DNA of 64,000 nucleotides from the NCBI GenBank assembly GCA_021824345.1, contig JAKAKW010000002.1, forward strand, positions 86,552-150,551, written 5' to 3'. Origin of the DNA: a bacterium (GTDB lineage: Bacteria; Patescibacteriota; Minisyncoccia; Phycocordibacterales; UBA9973). The notes beneath the pieces were generated by a model that saw only the letters and a program-made list of their open reading frames with translations, was not told where the DNA came from and did no database searches. The translations under genes and the position numbers were made by a program. How positions within the stretch are numbered: position 1 is the stretch's first letter; every line of letters begins with the position of its first letter. This document shows positions 46,748 to 55,583 of this stretch, piece by piece.

Positions 46748-46810
46748 GATGTGCCAATGATATATCAAATACCTTGATTTTTCAAGCTGTTTCTTGTATT
46801 CTAGAACCAT

Positions 46811-47398
46811 ATGCAACCGCAAACTTTCGTGTTTTTCGGCATCGTGGGGTCCGGAAAAGGGACCCAGGTAAAGCTTTTAACCGAATATCTTAAAAAGGAA
46901 GACAATAAAGAAACGGTCTACGCTTATCCCGGGGCTGAATACAGAAAGCTTATGGAAAGCGGAAGCTTTACCGCCACATTAATAAAAGATTCGATCAATC
47001 GCGGAGAACTCCAGCCAGACTTTTTGACCGATGCAATTTTCACCAACATTCTCACTGCCGAGCTTTCTCCCGAAAAGCACCTTATCGCCGACGGATATCC
47101 GCGGACAGTGAAGCAATCCGAAGTTTTTGAAAAGGCGATGAAGTTTTTCAAACGGGAAAATATTAAAATTATTTACATTGAATTGAGCAAGGATGAAGCG
47201 ATGAAACGGAACCTCTTGCGCGGCAGGGAAGACGATACCAAGGAGGGGCTGGAGAAGCGTTTTGACGAATACGTTAACAATGTGGTCCCGGCCATGGAAT
47301 ATTTGAAGGGCAAGCCCGGATATGAAGCTTTTTCCATAAACGGGGAGCAGAGCATAGAAAACGTGCATAAGGATATAGTCAAAGCCCTGGGATTTTAA
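46811..47398 (+). CDS. adk: Adenylate kinase
   Basis: GIVGSGKGTQ P-loop, ADGYPRT, and LID region RGREDD. Confidence 0.85.
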   Translation: MQPQTFVFFGIVGSGKGTQVKLLTEYLKKEDNKETVYAYPGAEYRKLMESGSFTATLIKDSINRGELQPDFLTDAIFTNILTAELSPEKHLIADGYPRTVKQSEVFEKAMKFFKRENIKIIYIELSKDEAMKRNLLRGREDDTKEGLEKRFDEYVNNVVPAMEYLKGKPGYEAFSINGEQSIENVHKDIVKALGF

Positions 47399-47413
47399 AG
47401 AAGACTCCAAAAG

Positions 47414-48094
47414 ATGCAGGATACAATCATAATTTCATTGGGCGGATCCCTCATAGTGCCCGACGCAATTGATGAGGGATTTCTGAGGGAATTTAGAGAC
47501 CTGATTCTTGCGCAAACCAAGCTTGGAAAAAAATTCGTGATAACCACCGGCGGGGGAAAGGTGTGCCGGCGGTATCAGGAAGCGGCCGCGGAAATCTCCG
47601 GGGCTTCGGATGTGGATAAGGATTGGATAGGCATAGCGTCTCTTAAACTGAACGCCGAGCTGGTGCGGGTGGTTTTCGGAGAGCATGCATATGAAAATGT
47701 AGTTTTCAATTTATCCGAAAAACCCGAAACTGAGAAGCCGATAATAATCGGAGCGGCATATGAGCCCGGGCACAGCACGGATTGGGATATGGTTCTGGCC
47801 GCCAAGACATTCGGAGCAAAAAAGGCGGTGAATCTTTCCAACGTGGATTACGTCTATGATTCCGATCCCCGAAATAATCCCGATGCCAAAAAATTTGAAA
47901 GTATTTCCTGGTCTGAGTACCGAAAGCTGATTCCTGAAGATTGGAATCCCGGCCTTTCCACTCCCTTTGACCCCATAGCCGCCAAGGAAGCGGAATCATC
48001 CGGCATCGAGGTGTCCATCATGAATGGCAAGCCGCTGGACAATTTCGCTGAATATCTTAGAGGAGGAAAATTTAAAGGGACTGTAATAAAATAA
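47414..48094 (+). CDS. pyrH: Uridylate (UMP) kinase, archaeal-like amino-acid-kinase-family form
   Basis: IIISLGGSLIVP and TTGGGKVCR motifs, typical of the short archaeal-type PyrH. Confidence 0.7.
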   Translation: MQDTIIISLGGSLIVPDAIDEGFLREFRDLILAQTKLGKKFVITTGGGKVCRRYQEAAAEISGASDVDKDWIGIASLKLNAELVRVVFGEHAYENVVFNLSEKPETEKPIIIGAAYEPGHSTDWDMVLAAKTFGAKKAVNLSNVDYVYDSDPRNNPDAKKFESISWSEYRKLIPEDWNPGLSTPFDPIAAKEAESSGIEVSIMNGKPLDNFAEYLRGGKFKGTVIK

Positions 48095-48096
48095 AG

Positions 48097-48216
48097 TGGA
48101 ACCATGAGAACAATTTTTGTAGGGGGTTTCGAGCGCGGCGGCGCGAGAATTTCAGGGATTTTTTCAGCAGAAAAAATCCCGTACCCGGAAAAAATTTGTT
48201 CTCATGGTTCCACGTA
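48097..48216. repeat. Intergenic element exactly filling the pyrH-map gap. 18-bp perfect terminal inverted repeats (gtggaaccatgagaacaa / ttgttctcatggttccac) around a GC palindrome and the hairpin gggattttttcagcagaaaaaatccc.
   Basis: Direct inspection. The 33-nt core gggattttttcagcagaaaaaatcccgtacccg is identical to the reverse complement of 58213..58245. Confidence 0.6.
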
Positions 48217-48222
48217 TTCATA

Positions 48223-48990
48223 ATGATTATTATCAAAACACCCGAGGAAATAGAAATAATGCGTGAAGGCGGGAAGCGCCTTGCGGAAGTGCTCAACAAG
48301 GTAAAAGCTAAAGTAAGGCCCGGAATTTCCACCAAAGAACTGGATGATTATGCCTTTAGGCTGGTAAAGGAGATGGGCGACCGGCCGGCATTTTTAAATT
48401 ATCAGGCCGATGGCGCGGGCAGACCGTATCCGGCCAGCTTGTGCGTTTCAGTGGAAGACGAGGTGGTGCACGGCATTCCAAAGACAGGCAGAATATTGAA
48501 AGAGGGGGACATAGTGTCTCTCGATTTCGGCATTGTGCACCGAGGTCTTTTCACCGATTCGGCGATTACTGTTCCAGTGGGTTCTATCAGTCCGGCCAAG
48601 GAAAAGCTTCTCCGGGCCACTGAAGAAGCCTTGTATGTTGGCATTGACGCTGCTCGTGGAGGAAAGAAAGTGGGAGATATAGGCTACGCCATTGAAAGCT
48701 TTGTGAAAACTTACAAATACGGAATTGTGGACATTCTTTCCGGCCACGGGGTGGGCAGGGAGCTGCATGAAGATCCGTATGTGCCCAATTTCGGCAGAAA
48801 AGGCACCGGCGAGCTTTTAAAACCCGGACAGACTCTAGCCATCGAGCCGATGCTGAATATGGGGGTAAAGGAAGTGATTTTTGACGATGACGGATGGACC
48901 TTTCGCACCGCGGACGGGAAACCATCCGCCCATTTTGAACATACTATTCTCATCACCGACGGCGATCCGGAAATTTTAACAAAAGCGTAG
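48223..48990 (+). CDS. map: Methionine aminopeptidase type I
   Basis: Pita-bread fold motifs: VHGIP, DIVSLDFG, GHGVGRELHEDP. Start at the ATG after the repeat element. Confidence 0.9.
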   Translation: MIIIKTPEEIEIMREGGKRLAEVLNKVKAKVRPGISTKELDDYAFRLVKEMGDRPAFLNYQADGAGRPYPASLCVSVEDEVVHGIPKTGRILKEGDIVSLDFGIVHRGLFTDSAITVPVGSISPAKEKLLRATEEALYVGIDAARGGKKVGDIGYAIESFVKTYKYGIVDILSGHGVGRELHEDPYVPNFGRKGTGELLKPGQTLAIEPMLNMGVKEVIFDDDGWTFRTADGKPSAHFEHTILITDGDPEILTKA

Positions 48991-49059
48991 GCATGCGGGG
49001 CCGTTGCCGTCAGAGCCTTTCCTTGTAGGCAGTCGTAACGTGTTATAATAAATCCAATC

Positions 49060-51831
49060 ATGGAAGAACTGTCCCTGAAAGAAATGCCTAAATTCAAGAC
49101 TCCGGAAGAGGAGCTCTCGTATCTGCGCGCTCAAGTGGCGAACAGAGAGAAAGCGCTAATAAATAGCGGGCACTTTGAACACGCAAACGAAAATGCCGCC
49201 CAAGACGTGCTTTCCGAATACAAGAAAATTCCGCTTGAAAAGGCGGTGCACAAAGACAGCGCCATTTCCAAGGAAGAAAAAGAAAACATCGTACTTTCGC
49301 TCAAGCCTGAAGCGCACGACTCCGTGATGGAGGAATTGCTCGGAGTAGTTTTGGAGAAAGGCATAAAAAACGCGCTTTCCGTGGTGGAAGCCATGAACAA
49401 TCCGCACATAGACGATGATTTTCATCGCGTGCTGATCCAATATTTAAAGACCGGCAATATTCCTTTTCCTTTCAAAGAGGGGGCTCCGCTGTACAAAGCT
49501 CTGCATATGACCTTATTTGAAATCACCTTGCCTCCTCCGGAAGATGAAGGCGGAAAAGAAAAGGGATTCAAGGAATTCATCGGCGCCATGGAGCAATTTT
49601 ATGCGGGTATGGCTTCCATTTCTCAGGGAAAAAACAACGAGTTTGGAAACTATTTCGTTCTGGAGGTGGCGCTCTCCGGCGACAGCGACGAGGTGGTGGT
49701 ATATGCCGCCGTACCGGACCAATTTCTTTCACTTTTTGAAAAACAGATTCTCGCTTACTATCACGCCGCCAAAGTGCGCGAAGTGAAAGACGATTACAAT
49801 ATTTTCAACGAGAAAGGAGTGGCGGTCGGCGCTTACGCGGAGCTTACCGAGAAAGCGGTCATGCCGCTTAAGACCTACGACAACATTGAACACGATCCCA
49901 TGAACACCATTCTGAACGTTTTTTCCAAGCTGGCCACTGTAGGCGAAGGCGCGGCTATCCAGATCGCGGTGGCTCCGGCCGGAGAGAAATACATAAACGA
50001 GTTCCATAAAATTTTAGACGACGTTAAAGGGGGCATGTCCGTGAAGCATGCCAACGACAATTTGTACAAATTCAACAAAGCTTTCCTTCGCATCTCGAAG
50101 GAAATTGTTTTTGGAACAAAGAATAATGAAAATGCCGGCGAAAACAAGGAATTGAGCGCTCCGGGCAGGAGAGCGGTAGACGAAGGAGCTGCGGAAAAGA
50201 TCGGGAACAAAATGAAATCCAGCATCATGAAGGCGAACATAAGAGTGCTGGCTTCCGCCCCCACCGAAATGCGCGCCAACTCCATCCTGCAGGAAATAGA
50301 ATCATCCTTTAACCAGTTCGCCGAGCCGGCCAGTAATTCCTTGTATTTCCGAAAATGTTCCGGCGGAAAGCTCAAACAGCTTTTTCATGATTTTTCCTAC
50401 CGCACGTTTTCAAAGGATGAGGCCCTTCCGTTAAACCTCAAAGAACTTTCTTCCATTTTTCATTTTCCGGTGGGTGTTGGGGCCATGCCCCAGCTTCGAG
50501 AGGCCAGATCCGGCATCGCTCCCGCTCCGATCCAAATGGGCAAGGAGGGCATACTGCTTGGCATAAACAGCTATCGGGGCAAAGACACGGAAGTGCGCAT
50601 GGGCAAGGAAGACCGCATGCGGCATTTCTATGTGATCGGACAAACCGGCACCGGAAAAACGAACGTGATGCTGAATATGATTACCCAAGATATAAAGAAC
50701 GGAGACGGAGTGTGCTATATAGACCCGCATGGCACGGACATCCAGACTATTCTCTCGCGCATTCCGAAGGAGCGGGTGGACGACGTGATCTACTTTGATC
50801 CTAGCTATATTGCCCGGCCCATGGGCTTGAACATGCTTGAGTATGATCCGAAATATCCCGAGCAGAAAACTTTCGTGGTGAACGAAATGATGAACATCTT
50901 TAACAAGCTTTTTGACATGAAAGTGGGAGGAGGACCTATGTTCGAGCAGTATTTCCGAAACTCGGCGTTTCTGGTGATGGAAGACCCCGATTCTGGTTCC
51001 ACTTTGCTTGAAATTACCCGTGTCTTGGCGGATAAGGATTTTCGGGATATGAAACTGGAACGCTGCAAGAATCCGATCATCAAGCAGTTCTGGGTTTCCG
51101 CTGAGCAGACCACCGGAGACCAATCTTTGGCCAACTTTGTTCCATATATTTCATCTAAGTTTGACAACTTCATTTCCAACGACATCATGCGTCCGGTGGT
51201 GCTTCAGCAAAATTCCGTTTTTAACTTTCGTAAAATAATGGACGAAAAAAAGATTCTCCTGGTGAATCTTTCAAAAGGGCGCTTGGGAGAGATAAACTCA
51301 AATTTGATCGGGCTGGTGCTGGCCGGCAAAATCCAGATGGCGGCCCTGTCCCGGGTGGACATGTTCGGCCAGAAGATGAACGACTTCTATCTTTATATTG
51401 ACGAATTCCAGAATGTTACCACCGATTCCATTTCCTCTATCCTTTCAGAGGCGCGGAAATACCGCCTGTCTCTTAATATCGCCCACCAGTACATAAATCA
51501 GCTGGAAGAGGGGATAAAGAACGCGGTATTTGGAAACGTCGGATCTATGGCGGTATTCCGAGTAGGCGCCGAGGATGCCCAATTCCTTGAACCGAAGTTC
51601 AAGCCGACTTTCAGCGCCCGCGACATCACCCGGTTGGAAAACTACAACGCTTACATGAATATGTTGATAAACGGAGAGCCTTCCAAGCCATTCAATATGA
51701 AGACTCTTCCGCCGGAAAAGGGCAATTCGGAGATAGTGCAGAGCCTAAAGGAGCTTTCGTACATGAAATACGGCCGGGATAGGGAAGAAGTGGAAAAAGA
51801 AATTATGGCCCGATACGAGTCAGCTCAGTAA
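49060..51831 (+). CDS. VirD4/TraG/TraD-like type IV coupling-protein ATPase fused to a ~500-aa N-terminal region of unknown function
   Basis: C-terminal half has Walker A GQTGTGKT, a CYIDPHGTD (DPKG-like) motif, and Walker B LYIDEFQN, typical of the TraG-D_C/T4SS-DNA-transfer family. The N-terminal half has no recognisable motif. Confidence 0.6.
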   Translation: MEELSLKEMPKFKTPEEELSYLRAQVANREKALINSGHFEHANENAAQDVLSEYKKIPLEKAVHKDSAISKEEKENIVLSLKPEAHDSVMEELLGVVLEKGIKNALSVVEAMNNPHIDDDFHRVLIQYLKTGNIPFPFKEGAPLYKALHMTLFEITLPPPEDEGGKEKGFKEFIGAMEQFYAGMASISQGKNNEFGNYFVLEVALSGDSDEVVVYAAVPDQFLSLFEKQILAYYHAAKVREVKDDYNIFNEKGVAVGAYAELTEKAVMPLKTYDNIEHDPMNTILNVFSKLATVGEGAAIQIAVAPAGEKYINEFHKILDDVKGGMSVKHANDNLYKFNKAFLRISKEIVFGTKNNENAGENKELSAPGRRAVDEGAAEKIGNKMKSSIMKANIRVLASAPTEMRANSILQEIESSFNQFAEPASNSLYFRKCSGGKLKQLFHDFSYRTFSKDEALPLNLKELSSIFHFPVGVGAMPQLREARSGIAPAPIQMGKEGILLGINSYRGKDTEVRMGKEDRMRHFYVIGQTGTGKTNVMLNMITQDIKNGDGVCYIDPHGTDIQTILSRIPKERVDDVIYFDPSYIARPMGLNMLEYDPKYPEQKTFVVNEMMNIFNKLFDMKVGGGPMFEQYFRNSAFLVMEDPDSGSTLLEITRVLADKDFRDMKLERCKNPIIKQFWVSAEQTTGDQSLANFVPYISSKFDNFISNDIMRPVVLQQNSVFNFRKIMDEKKILLVNLSKGRLGEINSNLIGLVLAGKIQMAALSRVDMFGQKMNDFYLYIDEFQNVTTDSISSILSEARKYRLSLNIAHQYINQLEEGIKNAVFGNVGSMAVFRVGAEDAQFLEPKFKPTFSARDITRLENYNAYMNMLINGEPSKPFNMKTLPPEKGNSEIVQSLKELSYMKYGRDREEVEKEIMARYESAQ

Positions 51832-51911
51832 ATTGCAAAAATGCTGTTTTTTTGGTAATATGTCTGTATTACAACCACAGCATCAGCTGTTTTTTATTTA
51901 TGAATTAAGAT

Positions 51912-52496
51912 ATGAAACACCCGAAAGAAGAAAAAACGTTTGTAATGGTTAAGCCGGACGGAGTACGCAAAGGCTTGATAGGCCAGGTAATCAGCCGTTT
52001 TGAACAGCGAGATCTGAAGATTGTGGCGCTTGAAATGTTCCAGCCCACCCATGAGCAGATTCATGATCATTATCCCAAGGACGAAGCTTGGATTACTCGC
52101 CTCGGAGAGAAAACCAAATCGACCTATGAAAAATACGGATATGACCTGATCGCCGATTTCAACACGGAAGACGCGGCCCAAATCGGCCCGGAAGTTAGAA
52201 CCTGGCTGGTTGACTACATGAAATCCGCGCCTTTAGTCAAAATGGTGGTGCAGGGCGTTCATGCAGTGGATATCGTGCGCAAGCTTGCGGGCGATACCCT
52301 TCCGTATCGTGCGGCCGTAGGTACTATTAGAGGGGATTTTTCCATTGATTCTCCGGTGCTTGCCAACAAAGAAAAAAGAGCGGTGGCGAATATAATCCAT
52401 TGTTCGGAAACTCCCGAAGAAGCGGAACACGAAATCCAACATTGGTTCGGGAAGGCAGTTTTGCACGAATACAAGCGCTTCGGAGTGGACGAATAG
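51912..52496 (+). CDS. ndk: Nucleoside diphosphate kinase with ~40-aa insertion
   Basis: KTFVMVKPDGVRKGLIGQVISRFEQRDLKIVALEM and GTIRGDF signatures with active-site His. Insertion between residues about 55 and 95. Confidence 0.8.
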   Translation: MKHPKEEKTFVMVKPDGVRKGLIGQVISRFEQRDLKIVALEMFQPTHEQIHDHYPKDEAWITRLGEKTKSTYEKYGYDLIADFNTEDAAQIGPEVRTWLVDYMKSAPLVKMVVQGVHAVDIVRKLAGDTLPYRAAVGTIRGDFSIDSPVLANKEKRAVANIIHCSETPEEAEHEIQHWFGKAVLHEYKRFGVDE

Positions 52497-52516
52497 TCTC
52501 AAATTTTGCGTAATAT

Positions 52517-52556
52517 GGCGGGCTGTGGAAAATTATTTCCACAGCCCGCCTTTTTT
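52517..52556 (+). terminator. Intrinsic terminator after ndk (15-bp stem ggcgggctgtggaaa/tttccacagcccgcc + T-run)
   Basis: Perfect inverted repeat followed by ttttttat. Confidence 0.7.
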
Positions 52557-52654
52557 ATCTTGTATTTTAAGTTCAGCCCGGGTTGGGAATATTCAGAAAC
52601 AAAAAAACTTGCTCGTCCAGTTGCAAGTTCTTGCAGTTTGTCTATACTGAAAGT

Positions 52655-52822
52655 AGGGTTATTTTCAATTATTACCTAGTACACAATCTATAGGGAGCCT
52701 CGATCGCCCCTTGCTGTGGCATAGGGCGTCTGACACCCACGTGGCTATCAGGCTACGGTAATACATTGGAAATAACCCTAAGAAAGAATCCGCATTTTAT
52801 CCCGCCCCGCGGGATTTTTTCT
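52655..52822 (+). ncRNA. Candidate stand-alone structured ncRNA (~170 nt; 6S-RNA-like architecture) with own promoter and terminator
   Basis: Promoter TTGCAA (52621) -16- TATACT (52643). 5' agggttattttcaattattacc pairs with 3' ggtaatacattggaaataaccct (52655.. with ..52779) around an internal structured region. Ends with terminator atcccgc-ccc-gcgggat + tttttt (52799..52820). No ORF. Confidence 0.4.
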
Positions 52823-52887
52823 TTTTCCGGGAGTTTTTCCCTTTTTCCGTTATATATTTTCTCAAAATCGTTTATAATAATCTTAAT

Positions 52888-54252
52888 ATGCAAAATAAGG
52901 CAAAAATAACGTTCTGCGGGGGAGTAGGCGCCGTCACCGGCGCCAATTTCCTGCTTGAGGCGGACGGGAAAAAAATTCTTGTGGATTGCGGGCTGACGCA
53001 GTCGGAAAAGCTGGCAGACGAAACGAACTGGGCCCCTTTTCCTTATGACCCGAAAGAGATAGACATTCTTTTTGTCACTCATGCTCATATAGACCACGTG
53101 GGCCGGATTCCCAAGCTCATGAACGAGGGATTTCGCGGGCAGATTTTTTCCACTCCGCCCACCATGGATCTGGCCAAGCCCATGCTGGACGATACGGCCG
53201 GTATTCTGGACAAAAGCGACAAGTACGGCTTGGACAAAATATATTCCGAGGAAAACATAAAAAAATCTTTTTCCTTTTGGAAAGGAGCGGACTATCACGA
53301 AAAAATTCCGATTACGGACAATCTGGAAGCCGCCTTTTACAATGCCGGACACATTCTCGGTTCGGCTATGGTTCTTTTCACATACAATGGGAAAAAAATA
53401 ATGTTCACAGGGGATTTGGGCAACAGCCCGTCTCCTCTTTTGCCCGACACCGACAACGTGAAAGGCGTGGATTATCTGGTAATGGAAAGCGTATACGGCG
53501 ATCGGAATCATGAATCTCGGGAAGACCGCCGAAGGATGCTGGAGGAGGTGATTGAAGACAATTATCACCGCAAGGGTACTCTGGTCATACCGACTTTTTC
53601 CCTGGAACGCTCCCAAGAACTCCTGTTTGAGATGAACAATCTGGTGGAAGAAAACCACATACCCGAGATGCCCGTATTTTTGGACTCTCCGCTGGCCATA
53701 CGCTTGACGGAGGTTTTCCAGAAGTATAAGGGATATTTCAACGAGAATGCGCAGAAATTCATGATAGAAGACCCGAACCTTTTCAAATTCCCCGGATTGC
53801 GCTTCACTTTGAACGCGGAAGAGTCAAAAATGATAGACGAAACTTCCGGTCCGAAAATAATCATCGCGGGCAGCGGCATGTCAAGCGGAGGGCGAGTAGT
53901 GTACCACGAGCAGAAGTATCTTCCCGATCCGAACAACACTCTGTTGCTCATCGGCTATCAATCCGTGGGCACCCCGGGCAGGCTGATCCAGGAGGGCGTA
54001 AAAACGGTAAAAATAGCGGGGGAATACGTGCACATGCGGGCGCATTTGGCTTACATATACGGGTATTCCGGCCATAAGGATTCAGACCACCTGCTGGGCT
54101 TCATCCAGGATATGCGCGAATCGCTTAGAAAAGTGTTCGTGGTGATGGGGGAGCCGAAATCTTCCATGTTTCTGGTGCAAAAAATGCGGGATAATTTGGG
54201 AATTGAAGCATACGCGCCCGAACAAGGGGACAGCGCGACCTTGGATTGCTGA
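52888..54252 (+). CDS. Metallo-beta-lactamase/beta-CASP ribonuclease (RNase J-like)
   Basis: HAHIDHVG MBL motif, beta-CASP motifs, 454 aa. Confidence 0.75.
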   Translation: MQNKAKITFCGGVGAVTGANFLLEADGKKILVDCGLTQSEKLADETNWAPFPYDPKEIDILFVTHAHIDHVGRIPKLMNEGFRGQIFSTPPTMDLAKPMLDDTAGILDKSDKYGLDKIYSEENIKKSFSFWKGADYHEKIPITDNLEAAFYNAGHILGSAMVLFTYNGKKIMFTGDLGNSPSPLLPDTDNVKGVDYLVMESVYGDRNHESREDRRRMLEEVIEDNYHRKGTLVIPTFSLERSQELLFEMNNLVEENHIPEMPVFLDSPLAIRLTEVFQKYKGYFNENAQKFMIEDPNLFKFPGLRFTLNAEESKMIDETSGPKIIIAGSGMSSGGRVVYHEQKYLPDPNNTLLLIGYQSVGTPGRLIQEGVKTVKIAGEYVHMRAHLAYIYGYSGHKDSDHLLGFIQDMRESLRKVFVVMGEPKSSMFLVQKMRDNLGIEAYAPEQGDSATLDC

Positions 54253-54255
54253 GCA

Positions 54256-54411
54256 AAGCGGCGGTCATGGCAGCGCTTCTCAAAAGCACGCATAAAACTC
54301 TGCTGAGTTTTTGCTCTGCTCGTCGCTCAAGGGAATCATAGCCGGAGTACCGGCTTGATTCCCTAAGCTCCTGCGCAAGGCTTTTCTCAAAGTCTGCCAT
54401 GACCGCCACTT
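54256..54411. repeat. Intergenic element bounded by 13-bp inverted repeats (gcggtcatggcag / ctgccatgaccgc) with internal hairpin gggaatca-tagccggagtaccggct-tgattccc
   Basis: Direct inspection. The internal ttctcaaaag motif is duplicated. Confidence 0.45.
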
Positions 54412-54444
54412 TTAGAAAACATTCATATTGTGTATAATTAGCGC

Positions 54445-55056
54445 ATGCAAAACAATCCGGAAGAGAATTTATTCCAGAAACACGGGCATGACCAGATAAA
54501 AATCTGCGTTTCGGGCGCGGCGGAGACGGGGCATTGCGGAATGGGAGCGCTGGAAAAGGCCAAAGAGCTTGGCAAAGAGATAGTGCGGCAAGGGGCGATA
54601 TTGGTCACCGGCGCCACCACCGGCTTTCCTTTCTGGTCTGCCATGGGCGCCAAAGAGGCGGGCGGAATATCCGTCGGATTTTCTCCGGCTTCCACGGAAA
54701 GAGAGCATGCCGAAGTTTATAAGCTTCCGCTGGATTACATGGATATGATCGTATATACCGGCTTCGGCTATCCCGGGCGGGACCTCCTTCTTACCCGATC
54801 CGTGGACGCTGTGATCTGTGGCTGCGGACGCATCGGCACCATCCACGAATTCACCGTGGCTTTTGAAGACGGCAAGGTGATAGGAATTTACGAAGGGCCC
54901 TGGGACATGGGAGACGAACTTAAAGAGATTTTGGAAAAAAGCCACCGGCCGAACGCGAAAGTAGTGGCCGGAAGCGACCCCAAAAAACTGGTGGCGGACG
55001 TAATCGCCCTGGTAAAGGAAATGAAGCTCAAGGAGTACAACGTGGTGAACGTCTAG
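54445..55056 (+). CDS. LOG/TIGR00725-like Rossmann-fold nucleotide-binding protein
   Basis: ICVSGAAETGH...LVTGATTGFP...VICGCGRIGTIHEF pattern resembles the LOG family (lysine-decarboxylase-like). Tentative. Confidence 0.4.
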   Translation: MQNNPEENLFQKHGHDQIKICVSGAAETGHCGMGALEKAKELGKEIVRQGAILVTGATTGFPFWSAMGAKEAGGISVGFSPASTEREHAEVYKLPLDYMDMIVYTGFGYPGRDLLLTRSVDAVICGCGRIGTIHEFTVAFEDGKVIGIYEGPWDMGDELKEILEKSHRPNAKVVAGSDPKKLVADVIALVKEMKLKEYNVVNV

Positions 55057-55583
55057 CCTCTTCCATATAAAACAGTCTTAAGCTCAGGGTATTTTTTAAA
55101 GTTAAGATCGGCGAAAAATTCTTCCCTGTTATCGTAAAAAAATATTTCCTCGCCGGGGTTCTTCTCGCATATCTCCTCGACGGCCTTTTTTTTACTGTTC
55201 GGCACTATTATTATTTCTTTAAATAAAGGAGCGACGCAGCTCAGGTTTATCTTGTCTTCCTGAAACTTCTTATCTCCGTTCGTCACCAGATAGCAGTTTT
55301 CTTTTCCCGCCCGGCGCGCTTTTTCCGCCATTTCCTCGTTTATCAATTCCGGACATTTTTCCATTATTTCTTCATAAAGCCGTTCAATCGAGCCGGGTTC
55401 TCCGCCGCGGAAAATTTTTCGTAAAAAATTTTTCAAGGAAAATTCGCTTGCTCTATCGCCTTTATATAAATCTTCCGCTTCGGGACGAGGAATCCCGGCT
55501 TCTTCTATGCGTGAAAACATCCAGTCTTTGAACTCGGGGGTATTTTTGAAAAGCACGTCGTCAAAATCCAAAATCAATTTCAT
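55053..55583 (-). CDS. HAD-superfamily hydrolase
   Basis: Motif I LILDFDDVLF (DxDxV). Start at the internal ATG. Confidence 0.5.
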   Translation of the reverse strand: MKLILDFDDVLFKNTPEFKDWMFSRIEEAGIPRPEAEDLYKGDRASEFSLKNFLRKIFRGGEPGSIERLYEEIMEKCPELINEEMAEKARRAGKENCYLVTNGDKKFQEDKINLSCVAPLFKEIIIVPNSKKKAVEEICEKNPGEEIFFYDNREEFFADLNFKKYPELKTVLYGRG

